A stretch of DNA of 64,000 nucleotides from an uncultured delta proteobacterium (GCA_963724765.1 CAVRVY010000003.1:1568001-1632000); one strand, 5' to 3'. Counted from the first letter of the stretch, positions 33,210-44,201 are shown. Notes: a model not told the origin generated them from the sequence alone. A program made the numbers and translations.

Positions 33210-35342
33210 GTGGCGGCTAAAGCGTCTGACAATCGTCGCAAAGCGGCGCGACTGATGGACCAAAGGGTGATGAGAGGGTCTGGCGGCGAGACTCATCAGA
33301 TCGCCGAGAACGACGTCCCGCAGTTGACTACCCAACAGGGTATCCCCGTCGCAGATGATCAGAACTCCCTGAAAATAGGAGTCCGCGGCCCAGCAGCTCT
33401 GGAGGATTTTCATCTTCGTGAAAAGATTTTCCACTTCGATCACGAACGCATTCCGGAACGGGTCGTCCACGCTCGCGGGTTCGGAGCGCATGGCTATTTC
33501 GAAAACTACGAGTCGTTAGCTTCTATCACGCGGGCGAATCTATTTCAGCGCGCGGGCGAGAGAACGCCGGCCTTCGTGCGGTTCTCCACAGTAGCTGGAA
33601 ACAAAGGATCTGCCGATCTTGCACGCGATGTCCGCGGTTTTGCGGTTAAGCTATATACCAAGGAAGGCAACTGGGATATCGTCGGGAATAACATCCCGGT
33701 CTTTTTTATCCAGGATGCGATCAAGTTCCCCGACTTGATCCACGCCGCCAAAGAAGAGCCTGACCGCGGATTTCCGCAGGCTCAGACCGCACATGACAAT
33801 TTTTGGGATTTTATATCTCTCACTCCAGAAAGTATTCACATGGCTATGTGGATCATGTCTGACCGCGCGATACCTCGTTCGTTCCGCTTTATGGAGGGCT
33901 TTGGGGTACATACGTTCCGTCTGATTAATGCAAAAGGCAAATCCACGTTCGTAAAATTTCACTGGAAGCCTAAGCTCGGTTTGCAGTCGGTCGTGTGGAA
34001 TGAGGCAATCAAGATCAATGGTGCGGATCCCGACTTCCATCGACGGGATTTATGGAGCGCCATCCAATCAGGCAACTGTCCCGAATGGGAGCTTGGGCTG
34101 CAACTATTTGATGAGAAATTCGCTGACAATTTTGCGTTTGACGTTCTGGATGCTACCAAGATTATTCCCGAAGAGCAGATACCCATAAGGAAAATCGGTA
34201 GGCTGGTTCTCGATCGCTGCGTGGACAATTTCTTTGCGGAGACCGAACAAGTAGCCTTCTGTACGCAGAATATAGTGCCCGGCGTGGATTTCAGTAACGA
34301 CCCGCTACTCCAAGGCCGCAATTTTTCCTATCTCGACACCCAACTTAAGCGGTTGGGAGGTCCGAATTTCACTCGTCTGCCTGTGAATGCGCCGAAGTGC
34401 CCTTTTCACACGCTTCAGCAGGACGGTCATATGGCCCTGGTTAATCCCCAGACCCGCGTCAATTACGAGCCGAACTCCTGGGGTGGCGAGCTTGGCGGTC
34501 CTCGCGAATCAGAGCGCGGCTTTCAATCGTTTGCTGCAGAGGAAGAAGGTCCAAAACTGCGCAACCGTCCCGACAGGTTCGCGGACCATTACAGCCAGGC
34601 ACGTCAGTTTTACATCAGCCAGACCGATATAGAACAGCAGCATGTGTCGGCTGCGTTTGCTTTTGAACTGAGCAAGGTTGAAACGCCCGCAATCAGAAGC
34701 CGAATGATTTCGCATCTACTCAACGTCGACAAAGGCCTTGCGGAGACAGTCGCGGCGGCGCTGGGCCTCCGTACAATGCCCAAGCCTGCGGAGGCTGCTC
34801 GGCTTCCCCGCACCGATCTCAAGGCTTTGCCGTCGCTTAGTATATTGCTCAACGGTCCTGACAGCTTCGAAGGTCGCAAGGTCGGCGCACTTGTCACCGA
34901 TGGCGTCGATGCCGGCTTGATAAAAGCATTGCGAAGTCTGCTCGACGAGGAGGGAGCACAGCTAGAGATTGTGGCGCCGAGTGTCGGTGGCGTCGAGGCC
35001 AGTGATGGCGCGCGGGTCGAAGCCCATCAATCCATCGAGGGCGGCCCCTCGGTACTTTATGACGCGGTGGCACTGCTGGTCTCCGAGAAGGCCGTTAGTC
35101 ATCTGATGGCAGACACGGCGACCCGCGATTTCGTTTCAGATGCCTTCGCTCACTCGAAGTTTATCGCTTATACGGTGGCTGCCGCGCCACTGCTCAAGGC
35201 GACTATTGGCGAGGATAATCCGGACGGAGGCTTTATTCAGATCAAAGCCATTGCTGATGCGGCGGTGTTCGTAAAGACCTGTCGGAAGCTTCGCTTCTGG
35301 GAGCGCAAAACCAGGGCAGAAGCGAGAGAACGACGAGCTTAG
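33210..35342 (+). CDS. katE: Large-subunit monofunctional catalase HPII with C-terminal DJ-1-like domain
   Basis: [37 protein letters not shown]; GTG start at 33210 after AAGGAG. Confidence 0.95.
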   Translation: MAAKASDNRRKAARLMDQRVMRGSGGETHQIAENDVPQLTTQQGIPVADDQNSLKIGVRGPAALEDFHLREKIFHFDHERIPERVVHARGFGAHGYFENYESLASITRANLFQRAGERTPAFVRFSTVAGNKGSADLARDVRGFAVKLYTKEGNWDIVGNNIPVFFIQDAIKFPDLIHAAKEEPDRGFPQAQTAHDNFWDFISLTPESIHMAMWIMSDRAIPRSFRFMEGFGVHTFRLINAKGKSTFVKFHWKPKLGLQSVVWNEAIKINGADPDFHRRDLWSAIQSGNCPEWELGLQLFDEKFADNFAFDVLDATKIIPEEQIPIRKIGRLVLDRCVDNFFAETEQVAFCTQNIVPGVDFSNDPLLQGRNFSYLDTQLKRLGGPNFTRLPVNAPKCPFHTLQQDGHMALVNPQTRVNYEPNSWGGELGGPRESERGFQSFAAEEEGPKLRNRPDRFADHYSQARQFYISQTDIEQQHVSAAFAFELSKVETPAIRSRMISHLLNVDKGLAETVAAALGLRTMPKPAEAARLPRTDLKALPSLSILLNGPDSFEGRKVGALVTDGVDAGLIKALRSLLDEEGAQLEIVAPSVGGVEASDGARVEAHQSIEGGPSVLYDAVALLVSEKAVSHLMADTATRDFVSDAFAHSKFIAYTVAAAPLLKATIGEDNPDGGFIQIKAIADAAVFVKTCRKLRFWERKTRAEARERRA

Positions 35343-35398
35343 GTAGCAGCGCACGGGGTCTCGCGCACGCGCGCTGAGACTATATCCTAATATCCGGG

Positions 35399-35414
35399 CG
35401 GCATGCATTGTGCT
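35399..35414 (+). promoter_or_regulatory. Possible sigma-54 promoter
   Basis: CGGCAT-GCATT-GTGCT (GG-N10-GC), 28 nt before the SDR start. Confidence 0.5.
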
Positions 35415-35442
35415 GGCATATCTCAAACGGGAGCAAGGGTAA

Positions 35443-36309
35443 GTGTCAGAGAAGAAGGAACAATCACCTCATCCGAAGCAAGAGCAGAATCGCCAACCGG
35501 GCCTCGAATCTCAGATGCGGCGTCGGCCACAGGCGCAAGACAGTAGAAGGCGTGGATCAGGAAAGCTCGATGGCAAGGTCGCGCTCATCACTGGAGGGGA
35601 CAGCGGCATCGGGCGCGCTGTGGCCGTGGCCTTCGCTCAGGAAGGCGCGGATGTAGCGGTCGTTTATTTCGATGAGCATGAGGACGCAGAAGAAACAAAA
35701 CGAATGGTGGCCAGTGAAGACCGTCGCTGTGTGACCGTGGCAGGGGATGTGGGTGACGAGCAATTTTGTAAAGACGTAATCGAGAAGACGATCCGTGAGT
35801 TTGGGCGATTGGACATCTTGATCAACAACGCTGCTGAGCAGCATCCCCAAGATAAGATCGAAGACATTACTTCCGGTCAGCTCGAACGAACTTTCCGCAC
35901 TAACATTTTCTCGTTCTTCTTTATGGCAAAGGCGGCGCTCGAACACATTCCTGAAGGAGGTTCGATCATCAATACCGCGTCGGTCACGGCATATCGGGGC
36001 AGCCCTGATCTAATCGACTACTCGGCTACCAAAGGCGCGATAGTCGCCTTCACCCGTTCACTCGCCAAAGCTCTGGCTCGACGAAACATTCGGGTTAATG
36101 CTGTTGCTCCTGGGCCGATATGGACCCCTCTTATTCCTTCGACGTTTCCACCCGAAAAGGTCGAACGCTTTGGGAAGGACACCGTCCTCGGACGGCCAGG
36201 CGAGCCTGCAGAAGTCGCTCCCAGTTACGTGTTTCTGGCCTCGGGCGATGGGTCCTATTTCACCGGACAGGTATTGCACCCTAATGGCGGAGAGGTCGTC
36301 AATGCATGA
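35443..36309 (+). CDS. SDR oxidoreductase, YghA/YhdF general-stress type
   Basis: QPGLESQM, ITGGDSGIG, NNAA, DYSATKGAI, VAPGPIWTPLIP, LHPNGG. Confidence 0.92.
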   Translation: MSEKKEQSPHPKQEQNRQPGLESQMRRRPQAQDSRRRGSGKLDGKVALITGGDSGIGRAVAVAFAQEGADVAVVYFDEHEDAEETKRMVASEDRRCVTVAGDVGDEQFCKDVIEKTIREFGRLDILINNAAEQHPQDKIEDITSGQLERTFRTNIFSFFFMAKAALEHIPEGGSIINTASVTAYRGSPDLIDYSATKGAIVAFTRSLAKALARRNIRVNAVAPGPIWTPLIPSTFPPEKVERFGKDTVLGRPGEPAEVAPSYVFLASGDGSYFTGQVLHPNGGEVVNA

Positions 36310-36405
36310 GCGATCCGCGGGGGCGCCCTCTCGTGACAGCCTCTTTGTAAGAGTTCAACGATCGAAAATATTAGGCAGATAATTCAAACATCAGGAGAAA
36401 AAACT

Positions 36406-36960
36406 ATGAAGACCAGTACGATCGCGTGCTCCGCTGCACTACTGTTCGCGCTTGGTATCCCGGTTCTCGGGTCTGCGCAGTCTACGCAGTCCGCAAAACT
36501 GTCATCATTGCTCGACCAAGCCAATCAAATGAACAATGAAGAACAGGACATGGCAAAAGAGCTGAAAAGCAAAGCGGGTGACAATCAGGCTCTGATCACG
36601 ATGGCCGACACCATCAGAGAGGACCACAAAGCCAATCAAAGCGCTCTCGAGGCGTTGGCCAGCCAGAAGAAAGTTACGTTAAGATCGTATGAAAAGAACA
36701 AAGCCGCTCAGGATCAGCTCGATAATCTGAAAGGTGCGCAGTTCAACGAGGCTTTCCTGAGCATGGATATTCGCGATCATGAGAAAACCCTTGCTTTATT
36801 TCGCCGGGCCAAAGACGAGTTTTCCGGAGATCGTGACGTGCGGGTCTATATTGGTCAGACGATTCCAGTATTGGAAGCCCATTTGAAGATGGCTCAGAAT
36901 CTCCATCGCGACGATAAGACGCTCGGCAGCAGCGAGAACGCCGCTAATAACAAGAACTAG
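36406..36960 (+). CDS. Secreted DUF4142 (ferritin-like) protein
   Basis: Signal peptide; DHKANQ, GAQFNEAFL...DHEK, TIPVLEAHLKMA; AGGAG RBS. Confidence 0.8.
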   Translation: MKTSTIACSAALLFALGIPVLGSAQSTQSAKLSSLLDQANQMNNEEQDMAKELKSKAGDNQALITMADTIREDHKANQSALEALASQKKVTLRSYEKNKAAQDQLDNLKGAQFNEAFLSMDIRDHEKTLALFRRAKDEFSGDRDVRVYIGQTIPVLEAHLKMAQNLHRDDKTLGSSENAANNKN

Positions 36961-36972
36961 CGGATATCTTGC

Positions 36973-37010
36973 GCGCCGTCCGGATTGCGTGTGATCCGGG
37001 CGGCGCTTCT
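36973..37010 (+). terminator. Hairpin between convergent operons
   Basis: GCGCCGTCCGGAT-N8-ATCCGGGCGGCGC then TTCT. Confidence 0.6.
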
Positions 37011-37138
37011 ATTCGATCTGCCTTCCAGCGGATCGACGGCGACGCAGATCCCGGTTCGAAGGATTTCGTATCGTCGGGAGTCGGAGATAGACGTAGAAAT
37101 TGCGCGGAGGGCCGAATGCGATCCGGCTGGGCAGCCGA

Positions 37139-39097
37139 TTAATTGTGCTCGACGCGGCCGATCAATGCCGCAATGGCCGCTGTCAGTTCGCTGGCGTCAA
37201 TCGGCTTGGACACGTGAACCTGGTATCCGGCAAGGAGCGCCCGGCGCCGGTCCTGGGGACGGGCGAGCGCGGTCAAAGCGATCGCCGGCAGTCTCTGGTA
37301 TGAGTAGCCGCGCGCCCGTACCTCGCGAATCAGATCGTATCCGTCGCGTTCCGGCATTCCGATGTCGCTGACCAGCACCTGCGGGTCGAATTGTTCGAGC
37401 TTGGCCAGTGCGGCATCGACGTCGACGGCGGTCGTCACCACTGCGCCAGTCTCGCTCAGGATGCGTGACATCACGATGCAAGTATCGGCATCATCGTCAA
37501 CGATGAGTACGCGCACACCTTCAAGCCGTGCGCCCTCGGCCATAGTCCCGCCATTGAGAATCTTGTCGACCACGTCGGGCGCGGGAGGTGAATCATCGAA
37601 CGCCGGGGCAATCGGCAACAGGACGGTGAATTTGGCTCCTTTGCCCTGCCCCTCGCTCGACGCTTCGACTGTGCCACCGTGCATTTCGACCAGGTGTTTG
37701 ACGATCGCGAGGCCGAGTCCGAGACCGCCCTCGACGCGATTGGCGTTGATGTCGCCCTGTCGGAATCGGTCGAAAAGGTAGGGCAGAAGCTCGGGCGAGA
37801 TTCCCTGGCCGGTATCATTGACGCTTATCTCGACGCGAGAGTTGACGCGCTCCAGCCGCACGTCGATTCGGCCACCCTTGGGCGTGAACTTGCTCGCATT
37901 GTTTACCAAGTTCCAGATTACCTGCTGCAGCCGCGCCGAATCGCCGAAAATCATTCCGACGCGCTGATCGAGTCGAGTCTCCAGGACGAGTTCCTTCGCG
38001 GCGATCGCCGGCGACAAGCTCTCGAGCGCTGATTTGATAGTCGCGGCAAGGTCGAGCGGCTGCACGTCCAACCGCAGCTTGCCCGAAATTATGGCTGACA
38101 CATCGAGCAAGTCGGAGATAAGCTGCGCCTGTGTCCTGGTACTTCGCTCGATCGCGGTCAATCCGCGCAGCACCTGTGCGCTGTCATCGACGTGCCCCAG
38201 CAGCAACTGGGTCCACAACAGAATAGAATTTAATGGTGTGCGCAGCTCGTGCGAGAGCGTGCCCAGAAATTCGTCCTTCAGGCGGCTGGCCCGTTCGGCT
38301 TCATTGCGCGCAGCCCGCTCGCTGGCGAGCAATTCATTTCGTTCGGTCTCGTGCTGCATCCGTTCGGTGATGTCGGTGACAACCGCCAGCCGCACGCCCG
38401 GAAAAGAATGAGCCGAGATATACCATTCCAGATGAACGAGCTTGTTGTCCGAATTGAACAATGGAAAAGTGCCCCGCCAGGTGTCCTTCCTTTCCAGCGC
38501 GCGCTCGATTTCCCGGGGATCGGCCGCAGCCTCCGGCGGCATGAAAGCAGACAGCGGCTGGCGCACGATCTGTTCGCGTGAGCGGTTAAGCAACTCACAC
38601 ATCGCCGGATTGACTTCCAGGTAAGTCAAGTGTTGATCGAGTAACAGTATCCCACTTACCGCATTGTCAAATACAGCTTTGAACTTGGCTTCGCTTTTAC
38701 GCATTTCATCTTCGGCGCGGCGCGCCCGCAAAAATGCGTTGACCGTGGCGATCAGCACCGGAGGCTCGATGGGATGGGTGAGATAGCCGTCGCTGCCAGC
38801 ATCGAGGCCCTGCGCTTTGTCGATTTCCTTGACGAAAGTGGCCGAGATATGAATTACCGGAAGTCGCGCCGTACGAGGATCAGTACGCAGCCGGCGGCAA
38901 ACGTCGAAGCCGTGGATATCCGGGAGATTGACATCGAGTAACAGGATATCGGTGTTGAGGGCACGTTCGAGCGCTTGCTCGCCATTGATGCCTTCGGCTA
39001 CGTCGAAATCAGCCGCCCGAAGAACGCGCGAAGTCGAATACAGCGTGGCCGGATTATCATCGACCACCAGGACCCGGGGAGGTGCTTCATCCGGCAT
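37139..39097 (-). CDS. Hybrid sensor histidine kinase (REC-PAS-HisKA-HATPase-REC)
   Basis: VLVVDD/LLDVNLPD receiver, PAS, LSHELRTPL, NASKFT, GLGLGL, C-terminal VSDIGMP receiver. Confidence 0.93.
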   Translation of the reverse strand: MPDEAPPRVLVVDDNPATLYSTSRVLRAADFDVAEGINGEQALERALNTDILLLDVNLPDIHGFDVCRRLRTDPRTARLPVIHISATFVKEIDKAQGLDAGSDGYLTHPIEPPVLIATVNAFLRARRAEDEMRKSEAKFKAVFDNAVSGILLLDQHLTYLEVNPAMCELLNRSREQIVRQPLSAFMPPEAAADPREIERALERKDTWRGTFPLFNSDNKLVHLEWYISAHSFPGVRLAVVTDITERMQHETERNELLASERAARNEAERASRLKDEFLGTLSHELRTPLNSILLWTQLLLGHVDDSAQVLRGLTAIERSTRTQAQLISDLLDVSAIISGKLRLDVQPLDLAATIKSALESLSPAIAAKELVLETRLDQRVGMIFGDSARLQQVIWNLVNNASKFTPKGGRIDVRLERVNSRVEISVNDTGQGISPELLPYLFDRFRQGDINANRVEGGLGLGLAIVKHLVEMHGGTVEASSEGQGKGAKFTVLLPIAPAFDDSPPAPDVVDKILNGGTMAEGARLEGVRVLIVDDDADTCIVMSRILSETGAVVTTAVDVDAALAKLEQFDPQVLVSDIGMPERDGYDLIREVRARGYSYQRLPAIALTALARPQDRRRALLAGYQVHVSKPIDASELTAAIAALIGRVEHN

Positions 39098-39100
39098 GCT

Positions 39101-40042
39101 CTAATCCTGGGACCGGGTTGCCAACTGGATTTCCGCCGCGGTAGGCAATCTGTTCGGCTTGAAATGCACCGGAATGATGGTTGAAAAAGTCGACCCGCGG
39201 CCCACTTCGCTTTCCACGGCGACGCTTCCGCCCAGCAATTCCGCCAGGCGCTTGCTGAGTGCAAGTCCGAGCCCGGTGCCGCGAAATCTTTTCTGGATCG
39301 GGGAGTCGACTTGCACGAAATCCTGGAACAGCGCGCCCTGATGCTTTTTGGGGATGCCGATGCCGGTGTCCGCTACCGCGAACGTCACCCAATCGGGCGT
39401 GCGGTACTGCGCTGAGACGCGTACCTCGCCCTTTTGCGTGAACTTGAGCGCGTTGGAAATAAAGTTTCGCAGGATCTGCGATAGCTTCTTGTCATCGGTA
39501 TAAATGCGCGGCACGTCGGTCGGTTCCTCGAAAACCAGCGTGACTGACTCGTTGGTGAGTATGGGTTTGAACATTCCTCTGAGCGCCGCAAAAAGGTCGA
39601 CCATCTCGAACCATTGCGGTGAGATCGAAATCCGGCCCGCATCGATCTTGGCCAGGTCAAGGAGGTCATTGACCATATCGGTCAATTCTTTGGCCGAGCC
39701 TTGAATGAACCGCACCTGCTTTTCCTGCTCGTCGGTGAGCGACCCATCCATTCGATCGAGCAGAATGCGGCTGATGCTGCGAATCGAACCGAGCGGTGTC
39801 CGAAACTCATGACTCATGTAGGAAAGGAAGCGGCTTTTGAGTTCCGAAACGTCCCGTAATTGCGCGGCTCTGTCATCGAGTTCGGCATACAGCGCGACGA
39901 CGCCGCTGTTGGTATCGGCAAGCTCGCGGCTCAGGTTGTCGATTTGCGCAAGACGTTCGCGCAGTTCGGCCTCCAACGCATCGCGCTGCTCGCGGATACG
40001 CTCCAACTCTTCGCGCACTGCCTCGGCCTCACGTATGATCAT
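39101..40042 (-). CDS. Cytoplasmic histidine kinase (coiled coil-HisKA-HATPase) of the stressosome operon
   Basis: ELADTNSGVVALYAEL, MSHEFRTPL, NALKFT, GTGLGL. Confidence 0.92.
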   Translation of the reverse strand: MIIREAEAVREELERIREQRDALEAELRERLAQIDNLSRELADTNSGVVALYAELDDRAAQLRDVSELKSRFLSYMSHEFRTPLGSIRSISRILLDRMDGSLTDEQEKQVRFIQGSAKELTDMVNDLLDLAKIDAGRISISPQWFEMVDLFAALRGMFKPILTNESVTLVFEEPTDVPRIYTDDKKLSQILRNFISNALKFTQKGEVRVSAQYRTPDWVTFAVADTGIGIPKKHQGALFQDFVQVDSPIQKRFRGTGLGLALSKRLAELLGGSVAVESEVGRGSTFSTIIPVHFKPNRLPTAAEIQLATRSQD

Positions 40043-41063
40043 GATTAACTAACGCTTGAAGGCGCGCTACCAGGATTGTTGCGTCGTCACGTCCTCGCTT
40101 GGCGTCGCGATATAGTATTGCGGCGATCACCCCAGTATCGGCCTGCGCCAACCCGGGATAGTCGTTCCATTTCCAACGCGCGCTCAATCCGTCCGAGTGC
40201 ATAATCAGCAGATCGCCATCTTGCCATTGATAGTCGAACTCTTGCAGCTTGCGCGCCTCGACACCGATAATGCCGTTATGGGACAGCAGCGGCCTGCTCT
40301 TGCCCGCCGAATTGATGATACTACCTACGATATTTCCTACACCCGCATAGCGAAGTTTGTACAGCCCAAGGTCCACTTGGGCCATCGCCATCGCCGCGCC
40401 TCGCGAGGAGCGCAGCGCGCTATGCGCCGCTTCGAGGTAACCGCGCGGCGAGTCGAACGACCCTTCGCTGAAAGCCTGCACGGCGTGGCCGGACGCGATC
40501 GCTGCCAGCGGGCCATGCCCCAATCCATCGATTACGACGGCCGACATCCGGCCGTCCTCTTGGCGGAATTGCCACGCATCGCCACATTCTTTCTCGCCGG
40601 GAGTCGGAACGCAGATCGCCGAGAATTGGGGTTGCGTGCGCGATTTTGCCTCTGGGGTCCGGACCCGCGATACCACCACAGTTCCGGCGGGCTGGGTCGA
40701 GTAAATCGCAAAGTCGGTGGACAAGCGCCGCACTGCCCCAAGACCGCAACCTCTGGTGCCGCCGCCTGAAACGCCATCGGCCATGGATCGCTGCAAGTTC
40801 GCGACGCCGGGGCCGCGGTCCAACGCGATTATTTCGATACCCGGTCCGGCCTCCGCGGGAAGTACGCGGATCAGTAGTTCTCCTCCTTGGGCGTGAAGAA
40901 GCAGGTTGGTCGCCAGTTCGGTGACGATCAGGGGAACGCGTCCGCGCTCGGCTTCCTTGATTCGGGCAAGTTCGGCCATATGCGAGGAAATCCGCCGTGC
41001 CTCGCCGATCGAGCTGCGGTCAGTAATCGCGATCGAATTGTGCTGATGAACTATCATCGCCAT
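40029..41063 (-). CDS. RsbT-like ATPase/kinase fused to a SpoIIE/RsbX PP2C phosphatase
   Basis: TELATNLLLH, DRGPG, GCGLG; CGD, IDGLGHG, HSDGL, DDAT. Confidence 0.88.
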   Translation of the reverse strand: MAMIVHQHNSIAITDRSSIGEARRISSHMAELARIKEAERGRVPLIVTELATNLLLHAQGGELLIRVLPAEAGPGIEIIALDRGPGVANLQRSMADGVSGGGTRGCGLGAVRRLSTDFAIYSTQPAGTVVVSRVRTPEAKSRTQPQFSAICVPTPGEKECGDAWQFRQEDGRMSAVVIDGLGHGPLAAIASGHAVQAFSEGSFDSPRGYLEAAHSALRSSRGAAMAMAQVDLGLYKLRYAGVGNIVGSIINSAGKSRPLLSHNGIIGVEARKLQEFDYQWQDGDLLIMHSDGLSARWKWNDYPGLAQADTGVIAAILYRDAKRGRDDATILVARLQALVNHDHT

Positions 41064-41070
41064 CCGCGTA

Positions 41071-41469
41071 CTATTTCCAGCGCGTCACAGTCACTATTGT
41101 TCCGACCCCGGACTGAGAAGTGATTTTGAAATCGTTAACCAGCCGCTTGGCGCCGGGAAGGCCCATCCCCAAGCCAGTTCCGGTCGTCCATCCGTCTTTC
41201 ATCGCCAGACTCAGATCCTCAATTCCATTACCCTGATCGCTTATCGTCAACCGCAATCCCTGCCTTTCATTTTCGGCCACGGTCTCCCATTCCAACGTGC
41301 CGCCACCGCCATAGACGACAGCGTTGCGCACCAACTCGCTCGCCGCGGTTACAATCTTGGTCTGATCGACGAGACTGAATCCGAGTTGAACGGCGGCTTT
41401 GCGGATTGCCTGGCGTGCCAACACGATGTCCTGTTCGGAGGCCAGCCGTAATGATTCATTCCTCGCCAC
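41071..41469 (-). CDS. rsbT: Stressosome Ser/Thr kinase RsbT
   Basis: DIVLARQ, TKIVTAASELVRN, DQGNGI, GLGMGLPGAKRLVN; GTG start 41469. Confidence 0.9.
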   Translation of the reverse strand: MARNESLRLASEQDIVLARQAIRKAAVQLGFSLVDQTKIVTAASELVRNAVVYGGGGTLEWETVAENERQGLRLTISDQGNGIEDLSLAMKDGWTTGTGLGMGLPGAKRLVNDFKITSQSGVGTIVTVTRWK

Positions 41470-41839
41470 TGGCGTCCTCGCCATCCTCATCTGAGGCTGC
41501 CAGCAAGGCCATCCCACGCTCGACGTTAAGGGCGGTTTTCACTCCCGGCAGGGTGAGTCCCAGCTCGACCAGCGTGATTGCGACGGCCGGTTGCATTCCG
41601 ACGAGCACGGTCCTCGCATTGAGAATATGCGACATTGCCGAGATATTCCCGATCATCCTGCCAATGAAGGAGTCCACCATCTCCAGCGCCGAGATATCGA
41701 TTAGCACACCGTGAGAGCCGGTTTTTTCGATCCGCGTAGTCAGGTCTTCCTGCAGCCGGAGAGCAATCCCATCATCCATTTCGATCTGGATTGTCACCAG
41801 CAAGAACCGGCCCATCCTAAGAATCGGAATTCGTTCCAT
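41456..41839 (-). CDS. rsbS: Stressosome STAS protein RsbS
   Basis: IPILRMG, DISALEMVDSF, GMQPAVAITLVELG. Confidence 0.92.
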   Translation of the reverse strand: MERIPILRMGRFLLVTIQIEMDDGIALRLQEDLTTRIEKTGSHGVLIDISALEMVDSFIGRMIGNISAMSHILNARTVLVGMQPAVAITLVELGLTLPGVKTALNVERGMALLAASDEDGEDASGEE

Positions 41840-41851
41840 GCCTCTAACTCG

Positions 41852-42712
41852 TCACCCCTTGATCCTAGAAAGCACGAAACCCGATCGCTTCAACGCCAAT
41901 GCCAGCGCGTCCGCCAGGGTCGCCTTGGTGGTCACGCCTTGTAGATCGATCCCGAGATGCACGATCGTCTGCGCGATCTGCGGCCGGATACCGCTGATGA
42001 TGCAATCCGCACCCATCATGCGAATCGCGGTAACGGTCTTCAGCAGATGTTGCGCGGTCAGCGTATCGACGGTTGGCACCCCAGTAATATCGATAATCGC
42101 GGTTTCAGATCCGGTTTCAACGATCCGCTGCAGGAGCGACTCCATCACAACCTGGGTGCGTGCGCTGTCGAGGGTTCCGATCATCGGTAGCGCCAGAATG
42201 CCTTCCCATAGCTTCACCACTGGCGTCGAAAGCTCGAGCAGTTCCTCCTGCTGGCGATTGATAATGGCCTCGCGCGCCTTCTGAAAACTTTTGACGGTAT
42301 GCAGGCCGAGTTGGTCGAGCAACTCGGTGGCGTTCCAGGTCTCGTCGGCCAGCTCCTGCGAGTTTTTGCCGCACTCCTTACGCAGGTACTCGAATAGCGG
42401 CTTCTTGAACGAGAAAATAAAGGAAGCGGTTTCCTCTGAGCTGAAACCCTGCTGTGCGCGCGACCGCGAGATGCTGTCGAGGAAGTCGTACAACTGCACC
42501 CAAGGCGCGCTCTGAGGATTAGTGATTCCGTCGCTGGCTGAGGCGACCTCGAGCAGGGCGAGGAATTCGCGCGTCTGCGCGGAAAGCTCGGCCTCGGTAA
42601 TTCTACGATCAATTTGCAAATCACCGGCTAATTCGTTCATCCAGCCAGCCTGTAGCTCTTCCGGGAATTTCTTCAAAATCGCGTGGGTAAGCGAAGCACC
42701 ATTGGATGTCAT
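41852..42712 (-). CDS. rsbR: Stressosome sensor RsbR (N-terminal globin-like/RsbRD_N domain plus STAS)
   Basis: ELSTPVVKLWEGILALPMIGTLDSAR, DITGVPTVDT, SGIRPQIAQTIV. Confidence 0.92.
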   Translation of the reverse strand: MTSNGASLTHAILKKFPEELQAGWMNELAGDLQIDRRITEAELSAQTREFLALLEVASASDGITNPQSAPWVQLYDFLDSISRSRAQQGFSSEETASFIFSFKKPLFEYLRKECGKNSQELADETWNATELLDQLGLHTVKSFQKAREAIINRQQEELLELSTPVVKLWEGILALPMIGTLDSARTQVVMESLLQRIVETGSETAIIDITGVPTVDTLTAQHLLKTVTAIRMMGADCIISGIRPQIAQTIVHLGIDLQGVTTKATLADALALALKRSGFVLSRIKG

Positions 42713-42921
42713 GGACCTATCCTCAAGACGTTTTTTACCCTCCCGCAGGCGGGTAGAGACCTGGGAGCCAATGAAAATAGATCAGGCCCCCCGAGAGACT
42801 GTTCCACCATACCGCTGTTGGCAAGGAGGTCGCTGCACCTGTTTCACCGATTCGCAGATTTATTCCCTATGATCTTTCGAGCTTTGCACTAGCGCGATCG
42901 ATCATCTGCTTTTTGTTTCTA

Positions 42922-42937
42922 TGGCACAGGACGTGCA
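42922..42937 (+). promoter_or_regulatory. Putative sigma-54 promoter
   Basis: TGGCAC-AGGAC-GTGCA upstream of the FAD oxidase remnant. Confidence 0.65.
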
Positions 42938-43256
42938 ACTATCGAGCCGACAGCCGACTCGAGGACTTGGTACAGCGGTATTCGGGATCCCTTCGTATGG
43001 CGGCGGGTCCGATCACTCCTTTTTACACAACATGAGTTCGCCATGCTCCAGACATCCGTTATTTGCAATTTCAAGTCACGTTTTACCGGCAGAATAATTC
43101 TGCCCAGTGACCGCGCGTATGAATCCGCGCGGCGCGTTCATAACGGTGCGATCCTCCGTCATCCCGCACTGATGGCGGTGTGCGCCACGATCGACGAGGT
43201 TTGCGATGGTAAATATCCCCTTGACGGCAGTACCGCCTTCTGCTATATTTTGTTTC

Positions 43257-44201
43257 ATGAGCAAAGCTTATCGAAACAACCCAGCACGTTGCGGCTCGTC
43301 GGATAGCGCTTATTCGTTGATGGAGTTTGAACGGGAATATCCGGACGACGCAGCCTGTCTCGAATCGCTCATGAAGCGGCTCTATCCGAACGGCATCTAT
43401 TGTCCGACCTGTAAAGCGATCACGAAGCATCATCGCGAGGCGAAGAGGCCATCCTTCGCCTGTCAAAATTGTGGGCACCATGAGCATCCGATGCGCGGTA
43501 CGATTTTTCAGGATTCCGCGACTTCGTTGAAACTTTGGTTCTATGCGATCTATCTCATGTCTTCGACGCGATGCGGTATCAGCGCCAAGCAGCTTGGGCG
43601 CGAAATTGGCGTCACCTACAAGACGGCGTGGCGCATGTTTCACCTGATCCGCAAAATGCTCGAAGTTAAAGACGGCGATCCACTCTCGGGAAAGGTTGAG
43701 GTAGACGAAAGTTTTTATGGCGGAAAGGAAAAGAACAAGCACGCAAACAAAAAATTCTCTGATCACTCTAAGGGCACCGTCGGTAAGCAGCCCGTATGGG
43801 GAGCGGTTGAACGCAATGGCCGCGTCGTTGCGCGCGTCGTTCCAGATACGAAGCAGGCCACGATTCTTCCGCACGTCCGCGAGCACGTCCTGCCCGCAGC
43901 GACTATTTTCAGCGATGAAGCTTATGCCTACGATCCGCTTACGGGGCTTGGCTACAGACACAAGCGTGTGCATCATGCGGCGAAGGTCTACGTTGAAGGC
44001 GACGCCCACGTAAACACACTGGAGGGCTTTTGGAGCCTGACTAAGAACGGCATCCGTGGCGTCTATCGGAATGTCAGCCATAAACATCTGCAAATGTATC
44101 TTGATGAGTACGCCTTCCGTTTTAATCGGCGCGGTCATCAAAGCCCGATGTTTCGTCATTTCATGCATCAGATCACGAAGAAGGCTTCCTTCGCCGCGTA
44201 G
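43257..44201 (+). CDS. IS1595 family (ISXO2-like) transposase
   Basis: Zn ribbon CPTC...CQNC, HTH ISAKQLGREIGVTYKTAW, VEVDESFYGG, IFSDE, NTLEGFWS, YLDEYAFRFNRR. Confidence 0.93.
   Translation: MSKAYRNNPARCGSSDSAYSLMEFEREYPDDAACLESLMKRLYPNGIYCPTCKAITKHHREAKRPSFACQNCGHHEHPMRGTIFQDSATSLKLWFYAIYLMSSTRCGISAKQLGREIGVTYKTAWRMFHLIRKMLEVKDGDPLSGKVEVDESFYGGKEKNKHANKKFSDHSKGTVGKQPVWGAVERNGRVVARVVPDTKQATILPHVREHVLPAATIFSDEAYAYDPLTGLGYRHKRVHHAAKVYVEGDAHVNTLEGFWSLTKNGIRGVYRNVSHKHLQMYLDEYAFRFNRRGHQSPMFRHFMHQITKKASFAA

Noticed and set aside
43083-44168. 361-aa minus-strand ORF over the IS1595 transposase
   Set aside because: Antisense to a clear transposase, runs across the IS end, and has no recognisable domain.
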